From contig OX597821.1 in assembly GCA_951406725.2 (NCBI GenBank), positions 31,930,001 to 31,994,000 of the forward strand: 64,000 bases of DNA, written 5' to 3'. Shown piece after piece: positions 1 through 13,512 of the stretch. A model generated the notes under the pieces. It searched no databases, was not told where the DNA came from, and was given only the letters and a program-made list of their open reading frames with translations. The DNA is from Octopus vulgaris. Its lineage: Eukaryota. The stretch's first letter is position 1, and every line of letters starts with the position of its first letter. The position numbers and the translations under genes are program-made.

Positions 1-1252
1 AGTTCTTGCGGAATTTTAATTTTTGTTTTAAATGATGTATTTTCAAATTAATTTTCGTTAAATTACTTTGACTTTATATATCATTTTAAAGTCCGTTTTT
101 CGCACTATCTAATTGTGTTACACTTTTTCGTTTTGAATGATTAGGCCATTTTATCCGGAACGTTAAATATAATATGGGAAAAAAGCAAATTCGCACAATT
201 TATTATTCCAGTTCAAGTTAGGCCGAAAAGCTGCTGAAACTGTTCGCAATATCAACGATGCGTTTGGCCCAGGAACCACTAATTAACGTACAGCACAATG
301 GTGATTCAAGAAATGTCGTAGCGGTGACGAGAGTCTTGAAGATGATAAGCACAGATGTCGGGCATCGGATGTCGACAACGATGAACTAAGAGCCTAAGTG
401 GAATCCAATCCACACACATCTGTTCGAAAGCTTACACGTAACGTACACGACAATTTCTAACCACTTGAAAGAGAAAAACAAAAACACTTGAGAAATGGGT
501 ACCGCATGAATTGAACGACAAGCCAAAAAAAAACAAACTCAGTTTTGAAGTGTCGCCTCCGCTTCTTTTAAGCAAACAAGAACGACCTGTTTCTCGACCG
601 AATTGTAACTTTCGATGAAAGTGAATACTTTCGTTAACCGGCAACGCTCAGCTCAGTGGATGGACGCTGATGAATCTCGACGGCACTTCCTGAAGCCAAA
701 GTTGCACCAAATGAAGGTCATGGTGACTGTTTAGTGGTCTGCGGCCGGTTTCACCCATCACAGCTTTTTGGATCCAGGCGAAACCATTACGACGGCGAAG
801 TACTGTCAGCAAATGGATGAAATGCTTAAGAAAATCCGACAACAGCAAGCATTGGTCAACAGAAAGGGACCAATTTTTTTCCACGACAACGCTCGGCCGC
901 ATGTCGCACAACTGACCCTGCAGTAGTTGAACGAATTGGGCTATGAATCTCTGTTTCATCTGCCATATTCACCAGACCTCTCGCCTATCGACTACGTCTC
1001 TTTCAAGCATTTCGACAACTTTCTGCGTGATAAATGCTTCAAAACCCAAGACGATGCCGAACACACCTTCAACGACTTCATCGCCATGAGATCGCAGGAT
1101 TTTTACTCTACTGGCATAAATAAAATTGTTTCGCGTTGGCAAAATGTTGATTCTGATGGTGTTTATTTCGATGCATAAAGTTTTGTTTGAGCCGAAATAT
1201 GTGCATCTGAATTTAAAGGTTAAAAACCGCAAGAACTTTCTTGACAGCCTAA
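1..1252 (+). mobile_element. Mariner DNA transposon, Hsmar1/cecropia-like, with decayed transposase (ATG 174 to stop 1178)
   Basis: 3' TIR aaaaccgcaagaactttcttgacagcctaa is followed by TA (1253-1254); the window starts inside the 5' TIR (agttcttgcgg). Translation across stops and frameshifts gives MGKKQIRTI..FQFKLGRKAAETVRNINDAFGPGT, KWVPHEL, HDNARPH and YSPDLSPIDY. Confidence 0.95.
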
Positions 1253-1283
1253 TAGAATTAGATCAGTTGGTGAAACAAATACG

Positions 1284-1703
1284 TTGAACCGGCGAGAATT
1301 TGGAGTCGAAATGTGGCTTGTCGCCACAATCGAAGACATCGAGAGAATCCCCTACCAGATCGAGGTTGAGAATGAAATGACGCTAAATGTTTTAGTGGAG
1401 GGAATGAGACCTAATTGCTATCTATGCGGAGTACGAGGACACATAAGGACCGTGTGTCCCTTATATGAATTCACACAAATCGAACAGACAGTGGAAAAGG
1501 AACAGAAGAAAGAGCAAAAGAAAGAAAGGATGCAGGAGAAAGTACAAACAGAAGCTGAACAAGTAGACAAGGACTGTACCAAGAAAGATAAAGACAAGAA
1601 GAAAAGTGAAAGAATCAAAGGAGGAGAGCGAGGGAGTTATTACCCCCAAAAGAAGAAAGAGATCGAAGACAAGGGAAAACTCAGAAAAAAACAAAAAATG
1701 TAA
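1284..1703 (+). mobile_element. Gag/ORF1-like fragment with a CCHC zinc knuckle (probable retroelement remnant)
   Basis: ORF contains VLVEGMRPNCYLCGVRGHIRTVC (CX2CX4HX4C) followed by a K/E-rich tail; no RT nearby. Confidence 0.55.
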
Positions 1704-2299
1704 GGAGAAATTTTAAACTAAGAAAAGGCAAGAGGAAGAAACAAATAACGAACCGCATAAATTTAAGGGGGCATTTATAACATACTAAAAAGTTCGAACA
1801 CAGAGAGAAGAATAGCGAAAATGAAGGGACTGCTAAAAGCAAGGCTGTCGGGAGACTCTTTTGACTCAACTGATGGCGGTATTTTTGTACCTGGGAGAGT
1901 TACGACATATTTCATGGACGGCTTCGCAAAAAACATAAAACTGGTGAAATGATGTCGGCTATATGAAAGCCCACCTACCATAATGGACTATGAGAGACTT
2001 AAAAGAAAAGTTATGTTGTAATTTTTGTGAAATTCATTTATGGAAAAGAAAAAAAATTGTCGAAATATAATTACTCGACTTCGTCGGTTGAGTGGGCATT
2101 GCGCCTCATTTCTATCTTTTCATAATTTCATTCGTTTTCTTTAACTTTTTCGTCTTAATTCATCTTTTTTTAATTTAAGTTGCCCGAGTTTATGTTTGTC
2201 TTGTTTGTTTGTATTGTCTCATTCTGTGTATAGCCCCTTGTGGGTAATACAAAATCAGAATCAGGTCTGTAAGTCATTTTCTTTCAGCAAGTCAAGGAT

Positions 2300-2810
2300 T
2301 TTTTTATACGATTCCTTCTTGATCTTTACAACGGTGTTAAAACAACGAACTATGAGCCCCATATCTTGGGTAAGAAATGGAAATCCGCAGGTGCTAAATC
2401 GGACGAAGATGGTGGATGCAAAAGCGTTCCATGTTGTTCTTGGCGAGAAATACACGTGTGAGGAGAGTTGGGGAACGAATTCTTGGTGCACACTAGTGAA
2501 GTTGTTGAAAAAAGGATGAGCATTCACTTGAATGACCTGCGGCTCTGTCGATCTTGGACACATGAGATATATCGTCAATTCTCTTCCGACGATCGTCATT
2601 CTAAAGCTAATGAATAGTATCTACGTTTCCGTATGTGACGCTCCCGGCAGGTCTTCGAGATCACTCATCGTCTTCTATGAACGTTCTTCCGCTTTTGAAA
2701 TGTTCGTGCCACTCGGAATGTTGTATAGAACCCATTGCTCAGAGTCTCTGTAGAAGACTTCCAACTTTAGCGCAAAAATTCACGTTGGCTCTTTAACCCA
2801 ACTTGCTGTC
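2300..2810 (-). mobile_element. Internally deleted mariner-like transposase remnant
   Basis: Minus-strand pieces FKSGRTFIEDDE*SRRP (HTH region), RQSR..K*MLILF..VHQEFVP and HPPSSSDLAPADFHF; no TIRs identified. Confidence 0.75.
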
Positions 2811-3284
2811 CATTAGGAAATCGCAGACTACGACGTACAGGTTGTCACAAACCAAATTTAACAGCTTGAGAATGTCACGTGGCAAACTGTCTCATGATGG
2901 AAACTGCTATTGTTTCACTGCTCATATAACATTATGCTACCATTTGTTGGCGCACTACAGAGAACAAATCTTATTCTATACCATTTCCTATATATATACA
3001 TGCTGACACAGACACGCATGTAAGCATGTAGGTGCGAAGTAACGTGGAAATAATTGAAAAAAAGCGCTCCAGTTCGAATGTATTAATACTCGAATACAAA
3101 AATACTAATACTGTTTTCTTAAAGCCGAAAATCTTCAGCTTACGAAAATAGTATATATGTATATATATATGTGTGTATATATATATATATATAAAGAGAG
3201 AGAGAGAAAAAGAGGGAGAGAGAGAGAGAAAAAGACCGACAGACAGACGCACAAAGAAATTGGATATATATATATATATACATA

Positions 3285-3314
3285 GATAGATAGTTAGTTA
3301 GATAAATAGTTAGT

Positions 3315-3393
<79 letters not shown>

Positions 3394-3460
3394 GTAGATA
3401 GATAAATAGATAGATAGATAGATAAATATTTAGATAGATAGATAGACAGATAGATAGACA
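3285..3460. repeat. (GATA)n microsatellite
   Basis: Direct reading. Confidence 0.95.
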
Positions 3461-4421
3461 TAACCCTTGTGTATTCACACGCGTATAATACATATATAGT
3501 ATATGTTCACGTCTACGGAGTAGTTTAGCGTGAATTATCGGCCAACACTCCGAGAAATATATAAGCACATACACAAACCCCTAGATACACAACCCCATAA
3601 GTGTATATCTTTGGGTGTCTGTATTTACAAGTACTTGCGTTTCAATGTGTAGCATGAAACGTGTTTATTATTTTGATACGTGGCATCTGAGATTTATAAC
3701 AAACGGAGAACATGTCTGTTCCGCATTTCTCTTGCCTTCAAAATTGAGATATATGTATTTTCTGTCCGTTTTATTTATTCAAACATATATTTCTCGACCT
3801 CGCTAATAAAACTATATGTTTTTCTATATTTGTGCTTACAAGAATTGATTTTCACAGTGTTTACAGTTAGATTTATATTGTATCTATATTACTTTATTGG
3901 ATTGTGGCGAGTATGTTTTAAAAACAATAGGTAATAAAAATAATGTACATAAGCAACGTATACGCACAAAAATAATTTAAGCTTGAAAAATAGTAACGAA
4001 GAAACCATGCACCTTACTACTAATCTTAGTATATATTACTTAGCCTTGCCAACAGCTATACGTTGTTTTTTCTGTACAAAAATATTAATACATCCATCAT
4101 ACATATATAGATGCATACATATATACGTGCATACATGTCTGTAAATGTGTGTGTGTGTGCGTGTGTGTGTGTGCGTGCGTGCGTGACTGTATGTTTGTCT
4201 ATGTATACATAGATATTTGTGTGAAAAGTTTTCTTTTCCATAAATAAAATTCCGTTCTAAAAACTCCGTGAATTTTATTTATCTCCTATATTTCCATAAA
4301 AACAAGCTCTCAGTACAAAATCGTATAAATTATAATTTAAATAAAGTTAAGAAGAATAAGCTTCAGAAAACGGATTTATTTGTTTTCTTCACATAAACGT
4401 AAAGACAAACTGCAAACAGGC

Positions 4422-4452
<31 letters not shown>

Positions 4453-4790
4453 TGTATGTATGTATGTATGTATGTGTGTGTATGTATGTATGTATGTATG
4501 TATGTATGTATGTATGTATGTATGTATGTATGTATGTGTGTGTGTATGTATGTATATATGTATGTATGTATATATGTATGTATGTATGTATGTAAGTATG
4601 TATGGATCTATGGATGGATGGATGGATGTATCTGTGCTTGTGTATACATATATGAATATAAATAACACATACATAAAAAAACATAAACACATATATACAT
4701 ATATACATGTGTGTGTGTGTGTGAGTGGTTGTGTGTGTGTGTGTTTGTGTGCATATGTGCATGTGTGTGTGTGTGTGTTGTATGTATCTA
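4422..4790. repeat. (TATG)n / (TG)n compound microsatellite
   Basis: Direct reading. Confidence 0.95.
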
Positions 4791-4934
4791 TACGTATATA
4801 TATAACAACCATGTATGTACATAAGCGTCGAATGTGTCCCGTACGATACATACACAAGAAAGGAATATTTCGAACGCCGTGTCACCGTTGAAAGAGTAGA
4901 AAGATTGCGTATTATTACTCTTACAGGGATCAGC

Positions 4935-5066
4935 CGAGGTCGCCTTTGACTTTCACCGTTTCAGAGTCGATAAATTAAGTAGCAGTTGCGTACTGGATTG
5001 ATCTAATCGACTGAGCCCCTCCCCAGAAATCTCTGGTCTTGTGCCTTGAGTAAAAAAGATTATTCT
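4935..5066 (+). mobile_element. SINE family A, 3' part
   Basis: gccgaggtcgcctttgactttcaccgtttcagagtcgataaattaagtagcagttgcgtactgg matches the copy at 6452-6842. Confidence 0.8.
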
Positions 5067-5122
5067 TAACTAGAGGACAAAAAGTACATGTATACACACT
5101 AACACACATACACACATATATG

Positions 5123-5163
<41 letters not shown>

Positions 5164-5264
5164 GCAAATATATATATATATATATATATATACATACATA
5201 CATGCATACATACATACATATATATATATATATACATACACCTCTCCCCATATAAATATATATA

Positions 5265-5310
<46 letters not shown>

Positions 5311-5314
<4 letters not shown>

Positions 5315-5725
5315 ATGGCCCAAATCTCATTGGGGGTTTTAATTTTTGATAATTCCTTTACTTTACAAATAGGTATATGAAATTTTAATTCAATATAGAG
5401 GAAATGATGTAGATTAATTTGCATCTGTCTTTTTTTTATGACACCTCTGCATTACCTATGATAAATGACATCCATTTTCAGCTAAACACATCGATGCACT
5501 TTACAAAATATGTTCTATGACAGCTGTAAAGTTTTAAGTGTCCAGTTCCCTTATTTCTCTAGTGATATTCTCCCTCAATTGCTCCAGGATTTCTGGTTTG
5601 TTGATATAAACCTTCTTTTTAAGCTACTCCCAGAAGTCAGGTCTAGTCAAGTCTGGGGAACGCGATGGCTAGTTAACACTGGAGTAGCGAGAGATGATTC
5701 TTCCTCCAAAATATTGCCTCAGCAA
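5311..5725 (-). mobile_element. Tc1/mariner superfamily (rosa/DD41D-like) 3' remnant
   Basis: Minus-strand translation LRQYFGGRIISRYSSVN*PSRSPDLTRPDFWE*LKKKVYINKP..CLAENGCHL; a TIR-like end (taggatggccca) abuts (TA)n. Confidence 0.75.
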
Positions 5726-6264
5726 TTGTGTTGTATGTGCGTGTGTGTGCGTGTGTGTGTGTGCGTGTGTGTGTGCATCGTTATAGATACATGATTTTAT
5801 GTATGTATTATATGAACCCTAGACAAATGAAATGAAAAAAACTGATAGAATTTCAAAGAATTGACTCGTTTTCATAAATCCTTATCGAATCAATTCGTTG
5901 TGCAATTAATTATGTTCTGTTTAATAAAAATAATGAATATAAAGAAATTTAATTATATGCCATTGAAGAAAGTTTTTGAAAATGTCTTGTCTTAATGAAT
6001 TTAATTATGTTTATTTGATTTTTCATTTAGTGAGGATTTAATTAGTCATTTACAACTTATTGACGTGAATTAATATATGTTTCACCTCGTACGATTCGAA
6101 AGATATTCTATTCTACGTTGGTAAAACTGCCGCCTAATATAAAATCCAGTATATCATCTCCATTATCCGAGTCAAATTTTAATATTAAAACAATCTTGAA
6201 GCTCCGATTTCTCTTTCATACGATATCTCTCTATATATTTCATCCATAATTATTTCATCAAAAT

Positions 6265-6350
6265 CTGAAAGGATGAAAGGCAAACTTGATACCGTGGACT
6301 TTGAACTCAGAACGTATAGACAGATTCAATGCCGATATGTACTCATCCGC
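6265..6350 (-). mobile_element. SINE family A fragment
   Basis: gaaaggatgaaaggcaaa...tttgaactcagaacgta is the reverse complement of the family core. Confidence 0.7.
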
Positions 6351-6451
6351 AAGCTAGTGATTGTGTCATATATAGACATATATACATACATTTACATAGA
6401 TATGCGTTTACACACCTACGTACATATGTATTTAAATATGTACTTATATTA

Positions 6452-6842
6452 AGGCGGGGAGCTGGCAGTAACGTTTAGCACTCCGAGCGAAATGCTTACC
6501 GCTATTTCGTCTGCCGCTACGTTCTGAGTTCAAATTCTGCCGAGGTCGACTTTGCCTTTCATCCTTTCGGGGTCGATTATATACGTACAAGTTACGCACT
6601 GGAGTCTATATAATTGACGACTTAATCCGTTTGTCTGTCCTTGTTGTAGCTCCTTGTGGGTAGTAAAGAAATAGCTATTTCGTCTGTCTTTATGTTCTGA
6701 GTTCAAATTCCGCCGAGGTCGACCTTATCTTTCATCCTTTCGAGGTCGATAAATTAAGCACAAGTTGCGTACTGGGGTCGATCTAATCGACTGGACCCTT
6801 CCCCCAAAATTTCGGTCCTTGTGCCTAGTGTAGAAAAGAATT
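6452..6842 (+). mobile_element. tRNA-derived SINE family A, tandem/dimeric copy
   Basis: Head ggcgggagctggcagtaacgtttagc, B-box-like gagttcaaattc, and core gcctttcatcctttcggggtcga. The core occurs twice with two different tails, and many further copies are in the window. Confidence 0.9.
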
Positions 6843-7852
6843 TATATATAGTTACAAGCATATATACGCACGTGTGTGTTTGTGTCTGTGTGTGTTAACA
6901 TGGTACATACCTCCCAGCTCTTGACTGCGGTTTCAAGACAATTTTGAACTGAATCTGTAAAGTGACGTAAATGTCGTCTTTACTTAATGGTTTACTCTTT
7001 TCTGCAAATATATATTTTTTTTTTTGCACAGGCCCACATCCAGCTATAATCCATTTCGTAACAGCATGATTTAGAGATATTTTTCGTGCTGAAAACGATG
7101 AAGAATAAAATGAAATAACCTGAACAGAAATAACGTGTAAATACGTCAAATGATTTTATGCTTGTTGCGCTATGAATTCCCTCATTCAACATGTATGTAA
7201 AAGTTAAATTATGTAATGGTTAAAGTAATGCAAAATCCCTAACTGAAAGTAGTTACCGTCAAAATCATTTCAATCGTGACCATTCCTTATTGTTGTCCTA
7301 AAGTGATCACCAGAGCTCACTAATTTCTCTTTCAGCTTTAGACCTCCTATAATGAACGATATTTGGAAGATTTTTCTAAAACGCGTAGTAACCATATAAA
7401 CCCTTCACAATACAAGCCCATTGGTATAACATGATTTTTATAATGTAATTCATTGAATCAAAGAAAACTTGTCCCCATCTTAAAAAATGCAAATTATCAA
7501 TGGCTTTGAGGATTTTTCCAATACGCATTTGATGAAAAGCTAAATTATGCTTGTAGTTTACGCTGGGAGCACTCTTTCATTTATAGATATATATGGCGAA
7601 AAAAATCATGAAAATAGGTAATGGTAGTGCGTTGGCTTCTGTAGTTAGTATATTGTAGTGTAGGTAACAAAATATATGTGCTAAAATGAGAGTTTATAAG
7701 GTTTCCTCCAATTCAGTAACTCTCAACACAAATGAAGTATGAGCTATACGTTAAAGAGATGTGAGAACTGCTTTGTTCCATTACCGACAATAAAAGCATT
7801 ACGGCTTGAAAGTAAACATCACAATCATCATCATCATCATCATCATCATCAT

Positions 7853-7883
<31 letters not shown>

Positions 7884-7890
7884 GTCATCA

Positions 7891-7949
<59 letters not shown>

Positions 7950-8009
7950 ATCACCATCATCATTATTATTAATATTATTATTATTACTATAATTATTATC
8001 ATTATTGTT

Positions 8010-8308
<299 letters not shown>

Positions 8309-8436
8309 TTGTTGTTATTATTATTATTAATATTAATAATAACAATAATAATAATAATAACAATAATAATAATAATATCGTTGTTGGTATTATTATTATC
8401 ATTATTTTTATAGACATCGCACAGTATACAATATTG

Positions 8437-8640
8437 TGAGATTGCTGATTGAAGATAATGTGTCTACCGGGTGTTTGTACACTTTGTCAAGTCGCAACTA
8501 AGACTTCAGAGATGTGTGCAGTTCCAAGAAATGCCGACTTTTGCAATAAACCTAAGATAGTAGGGTATTTCTAAGTTTTCAAAATTTTTTTTTTCTTTCA
8601 TGATGATGTGTTGATCTCCTGGCACTGCGACATCGATTCT
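8437..8640 (-). mobile_element. R4/Dong-like LINE 3' remnant
   Basis: Minus-strand IDVAVPGD and LQKSAFLGTAHI motifs from the RLE-domain C-terminus; flanked by TAA/GAA runs. Confidence 0.65.
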
Positions 8641-8668
8641 TCTTCTTCTTTTCCTTCTTCTTCTTCTT

Positions 8669-8765
<97 letters not shown>

Positions 8766-8766
<1 letters not shown>

Positions 8767-8997
8767 TTTTTTTTCTTCTTTCAAATTTGCTTCCATTTCT
8801 TGCCGAGTGTCTTCCCGACTCCTAGGGCAAAGAAACTCATAGCATACATTGGTAGGTCATTAAACCAAACTCAGTAGTTCGTTCATTTTTTTTTTTTTTT
8901 TTGTTAAAGTTAAATTAAAATACATGAGCCGCAACAGTTCTCACATCAACAATGCTCTTCTCAATACGTGTGATGTACCAGTTAAGACAATCTTTTG
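8766..8997 (-). mobile_element. 5'-truncated R4/Dong-like LINE (3' end only)
   Basis: Near-identical to 13512-13747 (QKIVLTGTSHVLRRALLM plus 3' UTR); (TTA)n on both sides. Confidence 0.9.
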
Positions 8998-9102
<105 letters not shown>

Positions 9103-9111
9103 TATTATTAT

Positions 9112-10320
9112 TTCTTCTTCTTCCCAAATTTTATTCCAAAATTCCTGCAACTGGTATTTTCTCTATCTTCTTGTAAAAATTTTGGGGGGTTATTTTTTTA
9201 ACATGTTGTCCTTGAAAAATTTAACGCGCTTTAGATACCTTGCTATGCGGGAACTTTGGCGCATACCTTTTGCTTGATGGTTTCTCTAGTAGTATCGATG
9301 TCAAATATGTTTTTTATATTATATTTTTCCTTTAATTTTCGGATTTTGTTGGTTTGATGGTCTTGTCAAACTTAAGCTTTTTATAAGATTCTATGTCACA
9401 CATGAGTAGCTGAATTTCGTTTCCAATAGACTCCTGCAAAGTAGGGTTTTGTGAGAATGTTGTCGTTTTCTAATCGTTTCACGACATAGAATCGTTGAGA
9501 TTTTCGCTGATGAACAGGTGGTTGAGATCTGCAATATCAACATTATTAGCTGAAATTATTACCTGAAGTGCATGGCGGATTTTACCGATTATTTTCAGGT
9601 AAAAGTTAGAATTGCGAATTTTTGCGAGAGTGCAGGTTTCTTTAATTTTCAACCATTCAATTATGATTTGAGATTTTAGATCATATTTTTCTGTTGAATC
9701 AATTTCTCTTTGATTTTCTTCATCTATTTGATTGTTATCTGCGCTAGTGTTTATGGTTGGTTCAGAGAGTATTTCATTTGCATACAAGTTACATAAACTC
9801 TTTCAATCCTTATTGCATTCTCATCGTCCTAGGGCTTGTCTATAATTATTTCCTCTGTAGTACCTTCTTGAGCTGCAACTTCGTTCCTTTTCTTTTTCAT
9901 AATGCTTCTTCTGACACTGGCAAGTTTATTACTGTTTGCGTAGTCTTACTTCAAGGTGTTTCTGTATCCAGTTGAAGTAGCTTTCTACAATATTAGATTT
10001 ACTTGTCGGGAAATAAACGACATGATAGAAGACAGTAAGAACTTCTTTATTATTTCCCACAGATCATTGTAACATTGCAGTTGTGGGGTAAATCCAGCTC
10101 GGACCAGTAGCCGATATTTTCGTATCTAATCTGGTCCGTCATTCGACTACTCATTCCTCGGTGTCGCGGGTGACGACCAACACGGTTTCTATTTTGTTTT
10201 ATTATCATTGAGGTATGGCGAGCTTGGACGTTGGCATTAGGGGAGTGATCTGTCTGTTTAAGGTTAATATTTTGAGACAACACCGCCTCCGAATTCTCTG
10301 CATGTAAATATTGCTAGCAA
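9112..10320 (-). mobile_element. Degenerate 5' portion of an R4/Dong-like LINE
   Basis: Minus-strand motifs WENNKEVLTVFY, IKQKVCAKVPRIARYLKRVKFFKDNM and EFWNKIWEEE resemble the pre-RT region of R4/Dong ORFs. Confidence 0.65.
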
Positions 10321-10883
10321 CGTAGCTCTTTAACGCTAACAGATCTGTATTCGTCTGTATTTTTTTGTATAGATATTTCTCCGGGCATAGTATTTTGTGG
10401 GGTCTTTAAACTCTCTCTACGTTAGTTCGAAAAATAAAATGTTGTTTCGTTTTGTTTTGATTTTATGTTTTTGCTTCGTTTGTGAACGTGGGTTCATATG
10501 CGTGTATGTCTGCCCTGTAAATTTCACGTCATTGTGTAAACATTGGGATGTATATGTAGTCTTATGGGTATTAAGATGTATATACCATTGTACGGACATT
10601 CGAGTGTATGCTTAATAACTCACTTTATATACTTACTATTTTGTTGCGTTTATATTTTATAATTAGTAAACATTCCGGTGTTGATTTCACGTGTCTGTTT
10701 CGCACATGTTTCAGTGAGATTTTGTGCAAAGGAAAAACTGTGCTTTGTATGGCAGTAACATTTCGTTTTTCTAATTATTTTCGTTAAAAGACCGCTTCCT
10801 TCAAGTCTTCCACTGGCTCCTTTATCCCATTCCATCGATGTTATTAGATTTGTTTTTGAATGAAGCTTATTATTATTATTATT

Positions 10884-11440
10884 GAGTGAGAGATCAGTTC
10901 ATGCCATTAAAGTGACACTGGGGTAAAATATACGAAGCCCAATATACCCATCATGACTACCAGTCTGATAAGGATACACCAGGCACATGCATCACAACCA
11001 TATGTGCGCGACATGGTGATCTCATATCAAGATAAACAGCACATGACCTTGCAGGTGGGGCCCAGTTAGAATTTTCTTCAGGTTGAGTAACCCATCCCGC
11101 TCAAAAGGTCCTTGAATAAGGGTTGTTTAAGGATGTTGAAAGAACCACCCATGTTTACAGAGGTGAATTATTCAAACCCCAAAGAATCCCTCTCAACACA
11201 TGGCTATGATGCTCCCCCACTACTTCTGCTCATGATCAGAGATGCACATATCGTCAGCCACTAAGAGACATGCTCAACTGCTTAAGGTCAAACTACTGAC
11301 AAGCAAATCTGTGGTATTGAGCAGAATATTTGCTGTAGCCCATCTTTTATACCAAGACAAAACAATGTACATGATAACACTTCCAATAAGTTAAGATCAG
11401 AAGGCATGAGAGCCACTGCCTGGTACAGCATCAGGGCATT
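10884..11440. mobile_element. ~557 bp non-coding interspersed element embedded in (TTA)n
   Basis: Second full copy at 15440-15979 with the same ends (gagtgagag...catcag(g/a)gcatt); no ORF, TIR or clear A/B box. Confidence 0.85.
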
Positions 11441-11457
11441 TATTATTATTATTATTA

Positions 11458-11501
<44 letters not shown>

Positions 11502-11516
11502 GTTATTATTATTATT

Positions 11517-13385
11517 CAGTAGTTTAATTTTTATAGCGTGCTTTCACTTCACTACTGAGCGCAGTTCTGTGTGCCTTGGGTATGTGCTGTGATTAGTTGT
11601 GATGCTCTTATGGTTACTGTATCAAAAGCGTTTTTCTGTAGGATGTGTGCACTGTCCAGTAGTGCAATTTTCTGTATTTTATATATACTTGTAAGTCCTG
11701 ATGTTTTTGTTATGTTTTTGTTTGCATATTTTTATCATACCTAATGCACCTACAATGATAGGAATTCTGTTTTTCGATTCCACATTCGGCTTACCTCTAT
11801 TTCCAGGTCTTTGTATTTTGAAAGTATCTCCATTTCTTTTAGAGAAACGTTTACTTCTGCTGGTATTGATACATCAATCAGAAAGCATTTTTTCTTCATG
11901 TCTGACTTTAATTTCATGATGCCTGGATTTAATTTCTCTATCTGCGTGTATTGGCATATCCCAGTGTATGGTTGCTTTCTCATTTTCTGTGACATTTGCT
12001 GGCGTGTGCCTATACCATCTTTTATCTGTTGTTATTCCATAGTGTTGGCATAGCTTCCAGTATATGTAGGTTCCAACTCTGTCGTGTCTGTGAATATATA
12101 TCTTCTTAGCCAGGTCTGGGCAACCAGAGAAATATGATTTATTGTTTCTTGCCCATCTCCACATATTCTGCTGTTAGTTGCTATGTTTCTTTTCATTATA
12201 TGTTTTGTAATTTATGGTGGGGAGGCTTTGGTCTTGTGCTGCAATTAAAAATCCTTCAGTCTCTGCTTTGACTCCTGAGCTTCTCGACAATTGCTGGGAT
12301 TTTTCTCCGTCTATTGCTTTTGCATTTAGTTTAGCCCAGTATTTGCCATGAAAGGGTTTTTCTTGCGATCGTTCTATCATGGACCGTTGCTGTTCTAGTT
12401 TTAATTTGGATTTCATTTGTTTTATAGTTTTTGTTGTTTCTTCTTCTTCATATTTGTTAGGAAGTATGTTTTTTTTTTGTTTCTATTTGTCAGCTTCTTT
12501 GAATACTGAAAACACTTTTTTTTGTTTTCCTCGAGTTTTGTGGCTATTTATATTAGTTTTCCTTGCATCTGAAGTAGGTAGTTTTGAAGTCCTATGGTAG
12601 TTATTTTATAACAGTTTTCCAGCTGTATAAAGCCTCTACCACCTTCTATACGTTATATATATAGTTTTTGTATGTCTGATTTTGGGTGGCGCATCCTTTC
12701 TAGATCCTGTCATTATTTTTCCTCTTTTCCTGTCTATTTTGGTTAGTTCATTTAGTGCCCAGTTAAGGTTATTGTAGCTGTTACTTATAACTGAGACGGC
12801 TAAAGTGTTAATTCTTATTATCTTGTTTTTATCATTGAGCTCTGATATTACTTGACTATAGTATTCTTTCTTTATTTTTCTTTCATGTGTGTGTGTAATA
12901 GCATATCTAGTTCATTGATTCCTAAATATTTGTATGTTTGACTTTGGTCTAATTCTCTTATTTCATTGGCTTTATCTAGTCTGACGTTAAAACTTTTAAC
13001 TAGTTTTCCACATTTCAGTGTTGCTTTGGCACGTTTCTAATCAAAATTTCATATCTATTTCTTTGGTAAAACCAGGTACTGTCTGTAGTAGTGTTTCTAG
13101 CTGTTAATTATTTGTAGCGTATAGTTTTTTGGTCATCCATATATAAAAGGTGACTGATTGTTTTGCTGTAACATTTGTATCCACATCCAGTTCTATTTAG
13201 CATGCCAGATAAATGTGTCAGTGCGAAGCAGAAAAGGAGTGGAGAGAGCGTGTCTCCCTGGAATATTCATGTTCTAATGGGGATAGATTTGGTTTTCACG
13301 GGTCCCTCTTTCGTTTGGAGCTGTAGCATTGTCTTCCATTTATTCATAGAGTGCCTTATGTATTTTATAATTATTGGTGCTAACC
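11517..13385 (-). mobile_element. Degenerate R4/Dong-like LINE (RT + CCHC + RLE), subfamily 2, 5'-truncated
   Basis: RT motifs IFQGDTLSPLLFCFAL and HLLYMDD, then ETEGFLIAAQDQSLPT, YIHRHDRVG and CFLIDVSIP..KYKDLEIEV; frameshifts; (TTA)n flanks. Confidence 0.92.
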
Positions 13386-13430
13386 TAATCATGGCTATTA
13401 TTTTTCTTCTTCTTCTTCTTCTTCTTCTAC

Positions 13431-13511
<81 letters not shown>

Positions 13512-13512
<1 letters not shown>

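Noticed and set aside
4363-5380. Long ORFs of YI/HT/CV/MYVC repeats (also at 16.7, 29, 36, 44, 48 and 61 kb)
   Set aside because: These are translations of di- and tetranucleotide microsatellites; there is no coding evidence.
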